Shown piece after piece: positions 1 through 12,254 of a stretch of DNA of 64,000 nucleotides (its first letter is position 1; every line of letters starts with the position of its first letter). The DNA comes from Macrostomum lignano (Eukaryota), in NCBI GenBank assembly GCA_002269645.1, contig NIVC01003906.1, positions 1-64,000 on the forward strand, given 5' to 3'. The position numbers were made by a program, and so were the translations under genes. The notes below the pieces were generated by a model that did no database searches, had not been told where the DNA came from, and saw only the letters and a list, made by a program, of their open reading frames with translations.

Positions 1-1044
1 TTTTCCCCTTCTCTCAGATACAGGAGCAGTGCAAAAATTTGATTTGTTCCGGCAAACTCAGTTAGCTCTGACTGTGCACTCACTGCACCGGGCAGTGTCC
101 GTTAAGATTGAAATTTTTAGTGTCGGATACCCATCGACCGATGCTGCGCTCATTCATGCGGTGGAAGTAAAAACTTTAGTGAGACCTTGCATACATATAA
201 ATATAAAGCCTTGGGTTGGGTTTAGCTAAGCTTAACTAAACAACGATGCGACGTATTGTGCGCGGCTTCCAACAAAACCTCATCAAGACTATGCGGTTTC
301 AATACCAGCTTCACCATAAGCTATTAACTCTTCTTCTCTCTCCATCAGCAAAATCATCAACTGTGTCTGTCTGTGGGCGCTTACTAAGGACATCTTCTAT
401 TGCATCAAAGCGGCCTGCTCAACCATGGAATACTGCGGGACTCAGGGCCGCACAGTCAACCTTGGCCGGAAGGCAGACTCTCTCCGCTTGGTCCCCTCTC
501 CTCTCTCTTAGTCTCTTTCTCTCCTCCAAAAAAGCTACTGGATGGGGGAGAATTCAAGGATTCAAGCAAGTGGGGAACGAGAGGAATTTGACTGGTGAGG
601 GAGCCACCTTTATTAAGAGGGGGGGGAGGTGAGGGAGAAGTGTGCGGTGTGGCTGGGGACCGGAGAAGCGGTATAGAAAAGGCCAGCTGAAGGGGTAAAC
701 TGTAGCTGAAGAGACTACCTGTGTGCGCGTGCGTGTGTGTGTGGGAGTTGTAGGAGGCAGAAAGGTTTTCTCCGCCAGGAGGGAAGGGGGCATGAACCGC
801 CTCTGCTAGGAATAATTCATTTCTAGGCAAACGTGAGAAGTAGCTGCGAAATTATTAAAACCAAAAATGCAACGGCCACATCACTAGCTGCTGCGTAGGG
901 GGCATGAAAGTGCGCCAACAGAAGTGCGACCACCATCGCCGCTATTCCATTTGTATCGGTATCGCATCTTTCCTTTCTCTTGTATCGGAGGGCGCGGGGT
1001 TTGACTCCATTTCATTGAGTTGGGGTGTGACACTTCTCCCTTGA

Positions 1045-1190
1045 GTAGGGGTGGGAAAACTCCGGCACGCTCAAGGTTTGTGTCCTCTCAGCTCTTTTCT
1101 TCCTCTCTCCTCTCATCTCTTCTCTTATCACATCACTCCTCTTATCTCCTCTCTCGCCTCTCTTCTTTCCTCTTTTCTCTGATTCTTGCA
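1045..1190 (+). mobile_element. Possible non-autonomous hAT (MITE-like) left end followed by a CT-rich tract
   Basis: TAGGGGTGGGAAAACTCCGGCACGC resembles Charlie/MER-type hAT termini (recalled). CCGGC(A/C)CGCTCAAGGTTTG followed by CT-rich DNA is shared with 61331. Confidence 0.4.
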
Positions 1191-1339
1191 ATTCTTGCTC
1201 ATGAAATACCAAGCCCAGAGCAAGTGCAAGTTACGAGCTACGAGTAGAAGTACGTGCATACATGATGGGCGTTCGAAATATCTCTAAAATTGTCACCGAA
1301 TGCATAACACGATAGCAAACTAATCAAAAGAAATTCATG

Positions 1340-2862
1340 CAGTTTCTCACCAACAAAGAAGTTGCTCTCATTGATGAGAATGTTGTAGAACTCCTTGCCG
1401 GGGAAATTGGTGATGTTTCTAACGCAGGAGATGAACAGGCCAGTGGCTTTCGTGTCTGCGTGCATCGGCTGTTCCTGGCACACCAGCCGCTTCACCTTTT
1501 CGAGACGTGCGCAAAGGTGTATACAGCGTCGTAGACAAATTGCACTTTCGGTTCCTGCTTAAAATTGGCTATGTGCGACCATTCGCAGACCTTCTGGTCG
1601 CATTGGCGTCGCTGGAGTTGCCACTACCGCCAGGGGAATTCTGGCACTCCAGTTTCAATTGTCGATACTCGTCGAAGAACGGATTGACGAAAGTTAAGCC
1701 GCTAATGCTGGTTGTTCTGACCGCGTCCTGTCGCAGACTTGTATAGTAGTTATTGAACCCCGGTATCTCGGCCGTGGCAATCTCCAGAGTCAGCGCGCCC
1801 TGAGCCTCGACCGTGTTGTTGGCTACTGGCACGTGACTCTTACCCCAGCCGTCCGCTGAGATCCACACGAAGTGGCTGGTAATATTGGCCCGTCTAACCG
1901 CGTCAAGAAACTTCTCGGTGTGCTCTCCCGGGTGAACATGACCACAACGCGAGCTCGCTTCTGGCTGTAGAGTTTCTCCACGATGCCGTCAAGCTCCTCC
2001 TTGCCGGGCTCCAGACTGATGAACAGCCGTTCGGCGATGCAGACGTTCAGCTTTTCAATCTCGGCCTCGAAGCTTTGAATGCCGCCTTCGCCGTAGTCGC
2101 CTTTACTGAATACTGTCGCCACAAAGGTCCAGTTGAAGTAGCCAACAATGTCAGCCAGAGCCTTGGCCTGCTCGGTGTCTGGCGCAGAGTCCGGGCAAAA
2201 TATTCGTAGCGAGCTTTGTCGCTAAGCCAAGCCGAGGTGGACGCGTAGCTAATCTGCGGTATGGCGAATAGCCTCAACAGGTTGGCCACCTGGGCGCTCA
2301 CCTGGCTGTAGGCGCCGCCCACTACGCCACGGATTGGTTTCTTGGAATGGCGCCGATACTTAGATCGAATAGCGGGCAGCCGAGTGCCGTTGGGATATTC
2401 GCACACGAATCCGCCGTCCAGCTCGTGCGTGAGTGAGTTCTTCACAAATTCTAGAGCCTTCTCGAGTGCCACCGTGTCCTTGGAGCAGGTGTCAAACAGT
2501 AGAGCGCCCAGCCCGATCTTATGCCGACCGTACTGCAGTATCTCCGGATTTGTGTTAATCTCTTGCAGAGTGAAGATCATCGCCTCCATGCGCTGGATGC
2601 CCCGGTGGCTGTCCAACCGGCCGCACTTACTGTCCCCGGTCTCCGAGCTGCTGTGGATTGGGAACAGGCCGCCCAGCTGGATGTCCCCGTCGATCAGCAC
2701 CTTGTTCTTGTCGTTGGCGGTAGATGAGTCGGCGGCGACGGCTGCGGCTGGTGGCGGTACCGATTGAACGCGTTGTAGCAGCAAAAGCAGCAGAAACAGT
2801 TTCAAAAGTTGTTTCGTCAGTATGTTGGACTCAGTTAGAGCAGAAACTGCTCTTTGTCGCAT
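1340..2862 (-). CDS. Class C GPCR (metabotropic glutamate receptor-like), signal peptide plus Venus-flytrap domain exon; four apparent single-base frameshifts; later exons not identified
   Basis: Motifs GDIQLGGLFPIH, RGIQRMEAMIFTLQEIN, DTCSKDTVALEKAL, GGAYSQVSAQVANLLRLFAIPQISYAST, SKGDYGEGG, WISADGWG and KQEPKVQFVYDAVYTFAH are spread over successive frames, with shifts near 2184, 1928, ~1600 and ~1503. Probable donor near 1340. Confidence 0.9.
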
Positions 2863-3894
2863 ATCTTCGTTTTTTCTTCGGTTGTTTATCGCTGCTTTTC
2901 TGCTTCTTGATAATTTGGAAAGTGTGTTAGCAAAATAGAAGCAAATGACGAAGGGTGGGGCTCACACAAAGGCTTCTAAAGCCGGAAGCTGGATAGCTGA
3001 TGATAAATCAGATCTCTAAATCAAAAGCAAGCGGGAGAATCTTTACCGGGACGATCAGGAAGGAATTTTATCTTCTTCAATTTCAATGTGACGAAGGGCT
3101 CTGCTGCAGATGACACACGAGACGGTCCAACAGCAAGAAGGCACGATGCCACGCCTTTGCTTGCTCTCTCGGAGACGGGAAGGAAGCTGGCTTGGACAGC
3201 AGGGGAGGGGAGGTGAGGAAGATAGAAGAAACGCCGCAAAATGTGTCTGTCACCCACCAGAGTTCTCGAGCTGAGTCTTCTGAATCCTTGAGTTGACCCA
3301 CCACCCAGAGAGCTGCTCAGGGATAAAAGCAGAAGAAAACAGCAGCAACAGCAGCAGCTTCATCCGTGCAAAGCAGCTGAAAGTGAGTCTTAATCCTCGC
3401 TTGTGATGACAGTTCGGTGTTTTTAGTAAGCTCTCCTGCGTGCTGTTTCTTACCGCTGGCCAGCCGGTTATTTGCCTGCCTCCCCTGAGGACAGCCGCCG
3501 TCCAATCCGCGGGCACGCAGGATGGAAGCAATGGCGGGGCAAAAGCAAGCAAAAGAAGCAAAATATGGGACAAGCATCGGGGCAAAAATTGTAGCGAGAA
3601 GACCCGAGAAAAGTAGCAATTTGTTCGTGAGACGGCTGATCGCCTCCTCATTTGCAGACTTGAGACAATCCATCCAACGATGATGTTGCGTGTATCTTTT
3701 GAGCAGCATCGTGAATAACTTTGAATACAGGAAGACGGGCACGAACCCGTGTAGCGACTGGGGTTAAGTTTCTCTGATCCGAGCGGCGAGTAGCTTTTTT
3801 ATGCTTCAAAAGAGCTTTGGAACTATCGTGCCTCATCAGAGTGACTGGGAACTAAAGGCAGTTCATATCTACCTCGCCTGCTTTCAGACTGACT

Positions 3895-4266
3895 ATACTA
3901 ATGCAGAAATAGAATGGATTGCTAATCTAGCCAATACATGGATGCAGAAATAGAATGGATTGCTAATCTAGCCAATGCATGGATGCAGAAATAGAATGGA
4001 TTGCTAATCTAGCCAATGCATGGTTGCAGGAATGGAATGGATTGCTAATCTAGTCAATACATGGGTGCAGGAATAGAATGGATTGCTAATCTAGCCAATG
4101 CATGGTTGCAGGAATGGAATGGATTGCTAATCTAGTCAATACACGGGTGCAGGAATAGAATGGATTGCTAATCTAGCCAATGCATGGATGCAGAAATAGA
4201 ATGGATTGCTAATCTAGCCAATGCATGGTTGCAGGAATGGAATGGATTGCTAATCTAGTCAATACA
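3895..4266. repeat. 41-bp minisatellite, about 9 copies
   Basis: Unit ATGCAGAAATAGAATGGATTGCTAATCTAGCCAATGCATGG; copies start at 3901 and 3942. Confidence 0.95.
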
Positions 4267-4399
4267 GATTGATTGGTTTAATTATTTTAATGTTTTAAAA
4301 CTCCGTTTAGCGTCGTACACAGTTTAGCCAGTGCATTGTGGAAAAAATAAGCAGAACTTTGGTTGCAAGAGAAGACTAAACTAAACCGCCGAGCTCACC

Positions 4400-6260
4400 C
4401 CAGGCTGATACTCTCCCATTCGCCGTTCATCGACCGGCTGTCGAGGACCAGCCTTGGTGGTGTGCCGTACCGTGAAGCCGGTGGTGTTGTACACGGAGGT
4501 GTTGTAGGCCGAGCTAATATACCGAAGCTTCCTGTCCCAGTCCTGCTAGTTCTCCGACACCGTCGTTGCCAGCATGTCGCCTAGAGTCCGATTGTCTCGT
4601 TCGATGAAGCCGTTTCCGCTCTAATAAACAGGCGACGTGCAGGTCTTCTCAACGCCCAGCGTTCTTCTTCTCAACACCACGTCGATTGTTGTTAAAACTC
4701 TCGTCTTCATTCACTTGGAGGAGGTGTCAGGCATGTTCAGGATGTAAGAATTGCCATCAGTCGTGCACGGCAGCGGCTTTTCCGTGTCAATCTGCACCGG
4801 CTGCTCCGGCGCCTTCTGTATGGCCTGGTCGGATTCTTCCTAGCTAGACAGGTAGCACAGCTGGCCACCTAAAAGTAATTCTCTACGTCCCGCCGCATAC
4901 CGGGCCATCAGCAGTGCTCCATCAGTCTCGCTGGCGTCCTATCGATGCCGAGATGTCCACTCTGGTTGCATGAGTGAGCCTGGTGCAGAAAGTGGGAATG
5001 ACTGACCGGGCACAGACCTTCAGGACACCCGCCGAACTCACTGCAGCTTCGTCAAGCAGCTCACGAACCTGCGCTGCCCAACCCTCAGACTGACTGTCGA
5101 TCTCTTCGGCCAGTACCTGGAACGCCTTGCTAAGTAGCGGATCTTCCAGTCGCCCCTCCTGTAGGTTGCCCACCGAGGCTGCATCCGAGTGCCGGCCACC
5201 CGGCCCACCCGGCCCAGCGCATCCGGCACTACGTTGTCTATGCCACGCCTGAAGGAGAACTGCTGCAGAGTCGACAACCACCGCGCCAGCCAGCCCTCCG
5301 GGTCCTTCGTCGCCAACAGACCCTGTAGAGGCTTATGGTCCAAATAGACCGTGAATTTCGGGACACACAGCAGGTACGTCCTGGAGTGCTTCAGACTCCA
5401 GACCATTGAGAGCAGCTCCCGGTCGCCTTGTTGAGGGTGCGAGAGGCAAACACCACCGGCAGCTCGGCATCTCCCTGCAGCTGGCTGAGCACAGCACCGA
5501 ACTCAAACTGGCTGCTGTCGCAACCGAGCACGAACTGCTTGGTGAAATCCGGTTATCTTAGCACCGAGGTCAGGTTGTTTTTATGCTCATTGAACGCCCA
5601 CTCGCAGTTGCTGTTTCAGGCGAAGTCCCTCAATTTCAGGCTGAAATCATGCAGGACCCTTGTAGGCTGGCTGAAGCCTTTGATGAAACGGCGGTAAAAA
5701 CCCAGCATACCGAGAAACCGCTTCACCTCCTCGTCTATCGTTGAACTAAGCATGATGCAAATCACCTCAAACTTGGCAGAGGTATCCCAGGTACAGCACC
5801 GATTTTCGCTTTGTTCAGTTTGAGTCTTACGCTTCTCAAGCGTCGAAAAACATGATGGATCAAGCCTCAACAAGTACTCGTCGAACGTACCGCTAATGAC
5901 CACCAGGAGAACATCGACTCCCATGACAGACTAGACATGACCAGCTCCATAAGCCACAGAAACGTTGCACATCCCGAAGCCCATCTTGCAGAACTACATC
6001 AGGCCGCGGTTCGAATAAAACGCAGTCTTGAACCGATCCTCTTGCGCCACCTCCATCTGATGGTAGACAGTCAATGGTGGAGAACCAGGAGCATCCGAAC
6101 AGCGCGTCTTTGATTGTGCAGACATTCAGCTGTCGCTAGTCCTTGCAGAGTCGGTTGTCGCTGTTCTTCTTGAGCACCAGCAGCAGGTTCGATGATGCCG
6201 CTGTCCAGCATCTGACCGATTTTCTTGTCCACCTAGTCCCGCCCGGACAGAGGCAGTCGG
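4400..6260 (-). mobile_element. Decayed Ty3/Gypsy LTR-retrotransposon pol (RT, RNase H, integrase remnants)
   Basis: KIGQMLDSGIIEP (~6200), YHQMEVAQEDRFKTAF (~6040), MGFGMCN, FLGMLGFYRRFIKGFS and KFTVYLDHKPLQGLL..WLARW; many stops and frameshifts; no LTR pair found. Confidence 0.85.
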
Positions 6261-7403
6261 CCCTGGCTAGGCCTTCAAATATAGTTAAATGATGAAAGCG
6301 ATGTGTGTGGCCTCCATCATAGACATGCAGTGGCCCCTGCGCACACTAGAGATCATGCGCCAGACTACAGTAATCTTTGCATTTGCACTACTACGAGTAG
6401 TACGCATATATATGGTTTGGATTGCTAAAAATAAAACACAGTTATAACAGAGAATGCCTGCATAAGGACAGAACCGCTTCCCTGCTGTTGCTGGAGTGCT
6501 GTCCGAGTTATCGACATTGGCGAAAGTTAGAATTTTTAGCTTCAGGAAAAAGCAAGAAAAGGGAGTCGATGCTCTGATTGCGACTCAGCCCTTCCACCGG
6601 GCTCTGCCGCATCCCAACCGTCTCACGATCATGACCGGATGTGCAAAAACGTGCATCATAAAGAAAGTACTAGCGCGTATTCTGAAGATTCTCAGATTTT
6701 ATCTACTTACTAATCGATTCAAAGCAGCTTATTTTTGCTGACAAGTGTTTTATGCGTACGTTTTATTTATTGTAGAAATTCTTATAAGAACTCACACGTT
6801 GAGAATAGGCCTGTGACAGTCGAATTTGGAGACTATAGATCAGTGAGAGTAGACTAATGAGATTAGACCAGTGAGACTAGAGAAGTGAGACTAAATCAGT
6901 GAGCTTAGATCTGTAAGAGTCGACCCAAAAGACTATATGGATCAGTGAGAATGGACCACTGATAGAATACATGCGAAAGTTGACCTGCGACAGAAGACGA
7001 GTCGTCCAGCACTTTAACAACTCTCTAACAGATACGCTTAAAGATTTCTCTTATTTTTTTACAAAAGAAACACGCAGACGGTAAAGTCCGTATACGCACC
7101 GACATCAAATGTAGCCAGCTCCCTGAGCAATGTTGCCCCTCATTTCTACTTGCAAGCGCAATCGGAATACAAGTTCCTTATCAAATCTAGTACGTTGGGC
7201 CTGCGACACTGTGAACAGAGTGTTAAGGTGCCACGTGCGGGCAAAGCTTAGTGATAATGAAGAGCACGTTGTAAAAGGCGGTTTTCGGAGCTCTTGATCT
7301 GATAAGACTTAGTCAAATAAATAGAGAGAATTATGCTTGAATTGAGTTCTCAATACTGCAGGGTGTACAGTAGAAGCAGATTAGAGAAAGGCAGGGGGCA
7401 GTC

Positions 7404-10030
7404 ATGAACGATCCAACAGTCAGCTACGACAATAATCTGGATCAGGAGTCAATCAGCATGTGAGTGCGTTTCTGTCATTTGCTATATTCTAACTGACTAA
7501 TAATGCTAACTGATTAAATTTCTAGAAAAAATTCTTTACATGGAAGTCCTGTTCTATAAATTGGCCTTCAAAAAATTGACCAAAAACTGAAAATCACTTT
7601 CTTGCCAATTAGTTCTTCCAATAAATCGGCTTTAATAAAAACTAAACTTCCTAAAAACAGGCTTTCATAAAAAGGACTTTTGAAAATCGGCCCTAAAAAT
7701 GGCCCTTCATAAAACGGCCTTCATAAAAACCGGCCTTCATAAAACGGCCTTCATGAAACGGCCTTCATGAAACGGCCTTCATAAAAACCGGCCTTCATAA
7801 AAACTGGCCTTCATAAAAACCGGCTTTCATAAAAACCGGCTTTCATAAAAACCGGCCTTCATAAAAACCGGCCTTCATAAAAACCGGCGTTCATAAAAAC
7901 CGACCTTCAATAAATCGATATTTTTTTCAGCCGCGAGGTCTCCTACGTGGGCATCAACTCGAACTCCACCGCGTTCAACCAATCCGGCTCCCGACGTCGA
8001 CAGCAGGGATGCCGTCGTCGCCGGCGCTGCCGACGCTGGTTGGTCGAGATCGGCGACGCTGCTCGCCTGCACGCACCAGCCGCGGCAGCCGGTCTTCTCG
8101 GCATCGGGCCTCAAGTCGCCTGCCTTGTCGCCTGCGGCCGATTGTCGTCGATTGAACTGTCCGCCGCCAGCGTCTCGCTGCCGCTGCTTGTCGGGCTCTG
8201 CTTGGCGCCGGCGCTAACTGCCGGCGCTGTGTCTGGCGCCAGCGCTGGCGCCGTCGCTCTTCTCCTGGCCGGCTGTCTGCTGGCGAACTCGCGCCCGCTG
8301 CTGCTGGCGCTGGGCCTGGCGCCCGACCTGGCGCAGATGTCAGCCGACCTGCTGCTGGCGCTCCTGCCTGGCGCCGTTTTCGCCTGCGGCTTTGCTTGGC
8401 TCAGTCGAGCGCGCCGTCTATCTGGCGCCGGCTGCCCATCGGCGCCGTTGCTATGCTCGTTGCTAGGCAACGCAGCTTGCATTGGCGCGTTGGTATACGG
8501 CTCGGCCGGGCGGGGCCTGCGATACCTGGGCGTCGGGGCCTGCTACTCGGCTGCCCAGGCAGTCGCTTTGATGTCGTTGCTGGCGACAGCCGCGGTGGAG
8601 TCGGCGGCTGCCGCACTTGGCGGTCGAATCGGCGCCGGACCGACTTGGATTTGTCGCGGCAGCGGCGGCGGACGTCGACAGAGGCGCGTCTGGCTGGGCT
8701 TGGCCGCAGGCATTCTGGAAGGCGTCGCATTCGACGCTGCGCCAACGCTGGTTGCCGTGGCGACGGACTCGACTGGGGGTCTGGCGGCTGCTCAAGGAGT
8801 CGCTTGGCAGGTGGGATGGAGTGACAGATGGAGTGACGGATAGAGTGACGGATGGAGCTTTGGATGGAGTGAGAGATGAAGTGACGGGTGGAGTGACAGA
8901 TGGAGTGACGGATAGAGTGACGGATGGAGCTTTGGATGGAGTGAGAGATGGAGTGACGGGTGGAGTGACAGATGGAGTGACAGATGAACCTATGGATAGA
9001 GTGATGAATCGTGTAATAGATGGAGCTCTGGATGGAGTGACGGATGAAGCTTTGGATGGAGTGACGGATGGAGTGACGGATGGAGTGACGGATGGAGTGA
9101 CGGATGGAGTGACGGATGGAGTGACAGATGGAGTGAAAGATTGAGCTATGGATAGAGTGACAGATGGAGTGACGGATGGAGCTTTGGATGGAGTGACGGA
9201 TGGAGCTTTGGATGGAGTGACAGATGGAGTGACGGAAGGAGCTTTGGATGGAGTGACAGATGGAGTGACGAGCTATGGATGGAGTGATGATTTGAATGCC
9301 GGATTGTGTTGCGAAGTTTTTTAGACGGAGAGACAGGAGTGGGCAGAAAGCCATATTTACCGTGACAAAAATGTGAGTGAGGAATTGACAGATGAAATGA
9401 AGGATGGAGTTGTCCAGAAGGGACAATAGACAGCTTGAATTTTATTTACTTTAAATGTAACTAAAATGGCAAACAAATGCTAATCATGACACTACTAATA
9501 GTAGTCTTTTATAAAATCACTTTTCTCAGTTGGTCGCCCTAATCCGAGCTGTCGGTCCGCTCGCTTCCTCGACGTCGGTCGGCCTCCGCGTCGCCGGTCA
9601 GTTGGATCGGCGCGACGCGCCATCCGCTCGGCGCAGCCTTAGCGCCGGGCTCTGCCTCGCCTTTGCTATTGGCGCCGCTGTTGGCGCCACGCCTCTGGCG
9701 CTATTCCGCTGGCCGCTGGCGCTCTGGCTCTGCCCCTGCTGGCCGGAGTTAGCGGCCAGGCTACTCGGAATTGCGGCGCCGTTGCCGCTCGCCGAGTCGC
9801 TCGCCCTGCCTTGCGCCGCCTCCCTGGCCGCCGTTGGCCATCCGTCGGTCGCTGCCGGCATCGCCGCGCTCGCCCTGGCCGGCGGCGCCCTGCCGCTGGG
9901 ATTTCTGCTCGCAATGATCCCCGCTGCCCGGCTGCAGCTGGGCCCTGCCGGCTGCTGGCTCGGCCTCCTGGCCGGCTCCATTCTCGCCGTCGCGCTGCTC
10001 GGCTCGTCGCTTCTTCGACTGGCCTGGTGA
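7404..10030 (+). CDS. MATE/SLC47-family multidrug and toxin extrusion transporter, join(7404..7459,7931..8810,9530..10030), 478 aa; frame stays open past the stop to 10393
   Basis: All splice sites are GT-AG and in phase (1437 nt). Motifs CGRLSSIELSAAS, PLLLALGLAPDLAQ, LEGVAFD, SVGLRVAGQL, LGPAGCWLGL and LLRLAW match the two-repeat MATE fold, but the sequence is divergent. Confidence 0.75.
7695..7908. repeat. 16-17-bp tandem repeat in MATE intron 1
   Basis: Unit AAAACCGGCCTTCATA(A). Confidence 0.95.
8815..9295. repeat. 12-bp tandem repeat in MATE intron 2
   Basis: Unit GATGGAGTGACG with variants; begins immediately after the donor at 8811. Confidence 0.95.
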
Positions 10031-10489
10031 CTCGGCGGCAGCAGCCTTCCGGACGAAAGTCTGGACGAGGCGGCGGCGCTGCTCGGCCAGTGGCGCGGCG
10101 GGCCGCAGGCATCGCTTCGCCGAGGCAGCGGCGTCATCCGGGTGGACCTGCTGGCGCCGAGATCCGCCACGGCTACGGCGAGGCCGACCCCGCTGCGGCC
10201 CTGCCTGATGGTGCCGTCGGAGTCGGGACAATTGTCGGCATCTTCGACAATGTCGTCCCGCTGTCGACAAGTCACCGCCTGCCTGCTGCTGCTGATGACT
10301 GCGGCGGCTGCGGCTGCTCTGCGACTGCACCAGGCCGACTTTTTGCCGCCGGTGGCCAACTTCAGCCTTCCGCTGCCCGGTGATGGTTGCTAGGCGACCA
10401 TACTAGTCGCCATGGTAGCTAGTGTAAAGTATAAATTTTGATTTCTTTTCGATCGATAAGTAAAATCAAATTTAAATTTGCGCCGAAGA

Positions 10490-10530
10490 GGGTCTGTCTT
10501 AGTGTCTGTCTTAGTGTCTTAGTGTCTTAG

Positions 10531-10575
<45 letters not shown>

Positions 10576-10595
10576 CACTCACTCACACGCTCACA
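10490..10595. repeat. (TGTC)n and related microsatellite
   Basis: Direct reading. Confidence 0.9.
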
Positions 10596-10597
10596 CA

Positions 10598-10887
10598 GGG
10601 TGTACAGTCGCCTTGACATCTTATCGTCAGACATGTGCCATTCGGGGGTCTGATTCCCGATCCCACTGGAACAATTTGTGTCCTTGAGCAAGACAATTAA
10701 CTCTACATTGCTTCAGTTCACCCAGCTGTAAAATGGGTGCCAGCATTAGCTGGGGTAATTGAGGGTGTGTGTGGCGACCCCCCAGTCCTTGGACTGAACA
10801 GCCTTCAGATGCGCCGCGCAATAGCTGCGTCTGAGCTGTCGGTTGCACATCTGGCTTAATTGGTGTTGGTGTAATCAATTATTATTG
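10598..10887 (+). mobile_element. tRNA-derived SINE with a CORE-like central domain
   Basis: B-box-like GGTCTGATTCCC, then TGTCCTTGAGCAAGACAATTAACTC..TTCAGTTCACCCAGCTGTAAAATGGG (similar to the recalled MIR/CORE domain), ending in an ATT-repeat tail. Confidence 0.6.
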
Positions 10888-10888
10888 C

Positions 10889-10952
10889 TACGGAATCGAA
10901 CCACGGGTCGTGGAGCTAAAGTCAGACGTGTTGACCGCTGAGCAGCCCAGTG
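10889..10952 (-). mobile_element. tRNA-like SINE head fragment (not a functional tRNA)
   Basis: GCTCAGCGG A-box and GGTTCGATTCC B-box; no acceptor stem. Confidence 0.55.
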
Positions 10953-11299
10953 TTTAAGAGTACTCTTCGGTGTCTAAAACTATAAGCGCGAATTTAAATG
11001 CGATTCAATTTACCGAACGATTTCACTATGGTAACAAAGGACCTTCTGTTGAAAGTCCCACGCACAGTTCCAGCTGATATTACAGCATAAAATTTGATAG
11101 GTAGTCGAGCCGGCTGTATTCTCATGCAGCTCAGGAAATGGCTCTGAACTATATTTAAAAAGAACATTTTTTATTGGAGGCAGAGGGGGGTTTGTGTGCA
11201 CCCAGGCGCACTTTAAGCGACATTGTCACACAACCGGCGAGAGGCATTGCTGCCCATTCCGCCCGACTCCCCTGAGCAGGCACACAAGCGCGCGGATAC

Positions 11300-11532
11300 G
11301 TACGCAGTCATACGCACAGGCACACACTCACACAGGAGTGTAGAGCGGCCCTAACTTTATTTATCGTTAGGCATGTACACTTCACTGTGCCTTGGGGGTT
11401 GGGCCTCAAGGGCGATAATTGCACGAGCAGAGCCAAGCCGAGATTCCAATTTAGCCCCAAATTAATGTGACTGCACTTGGAATCGAGCCTGGGCCGCTGG
11501 CACATCAGAGCCCCGTGGTTGAGCACTGTATT
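11300..11532 (-). mobile_element. tRNA-derived SINE, second family, copy 1
   Basis: B-box-like GGCTCGATTCC; body motifs TCGTGC..AT, GAGG.CC.A.CCCC, AGTGTACATGC and ATGACTGC are shared with 49697-49930. Confidence 0.5.
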
Positions 11533-12254
11533 AAATTAGATTATTATGATTATAATACAATTATAATAAATTATATTGCATTTAATTTGAGACTGAATAT
11601 CCTGCACAGCGGAATTTTATGTACTTCTTTGTTTAAACAAAATCAAATTCCTAATCTGTAATTTAATGTAAATCCGGTAGTTTTTTACGCATTTTTCTGC
11701 GCTATTAGCTACTAAAAAAAAAAAGTAGCATAATAAGCGACATCTTTAGATTTTTTCGTTATTATAGTGAAAGCTTAGTCACTCGTGAGAAAGTAATTGC
11801 GCGTGTATATTTTTAATTTAATAAAAAATCAGACAATAAAGCATTGCAAACTCTATCTGAGCAACTGAAAAACAATTGCAAAACAAAATTGCGCACACGA
11901 CATCAAAATATTCATTATACGCTACTTGATACTACGTAGCCAGTAGTGTAGACAGTTCACGGCAAGCTGAAACGAAAAAATATCAAAACTGGCTCGGTGA
12001 GAGAGAGAGAGGGCCCGTATGATTTGATCGATTTTTTTAAACAAAAGACGCATTGCTTGCGGTGCAAGGCGGCGAGGCAAGAAGAAAAGCAACAGAAGAA
12101 AAAATGTGTTGTGAGCAAACAAAAGTACTAATAGTATGGTACGCTACTATAGAACATAAAATCCAAATTTAAAACGACAGATCTCTTCACAAAGAAGTTT
12201 CGTATCATCTCGAAGTCTATAAGTAATTCTGCTTCCAGGTTTTCATTTTGTGGT

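Noticed and set aside
4260-7000. LTRs for the Gypsy remnant
   Set aside because: No direct-repeat pair, PBS or TG..CA ends found.
8401-10359. Antisense ORFs over the MATE gene
   Set aside because: Shadows of GC-rich coding sequence and the 12-bp repeat.
10889-10952. tRNA gene
   Set aside because: A and B boxes are present but there is no acceptor stem; treated as a SINE head.
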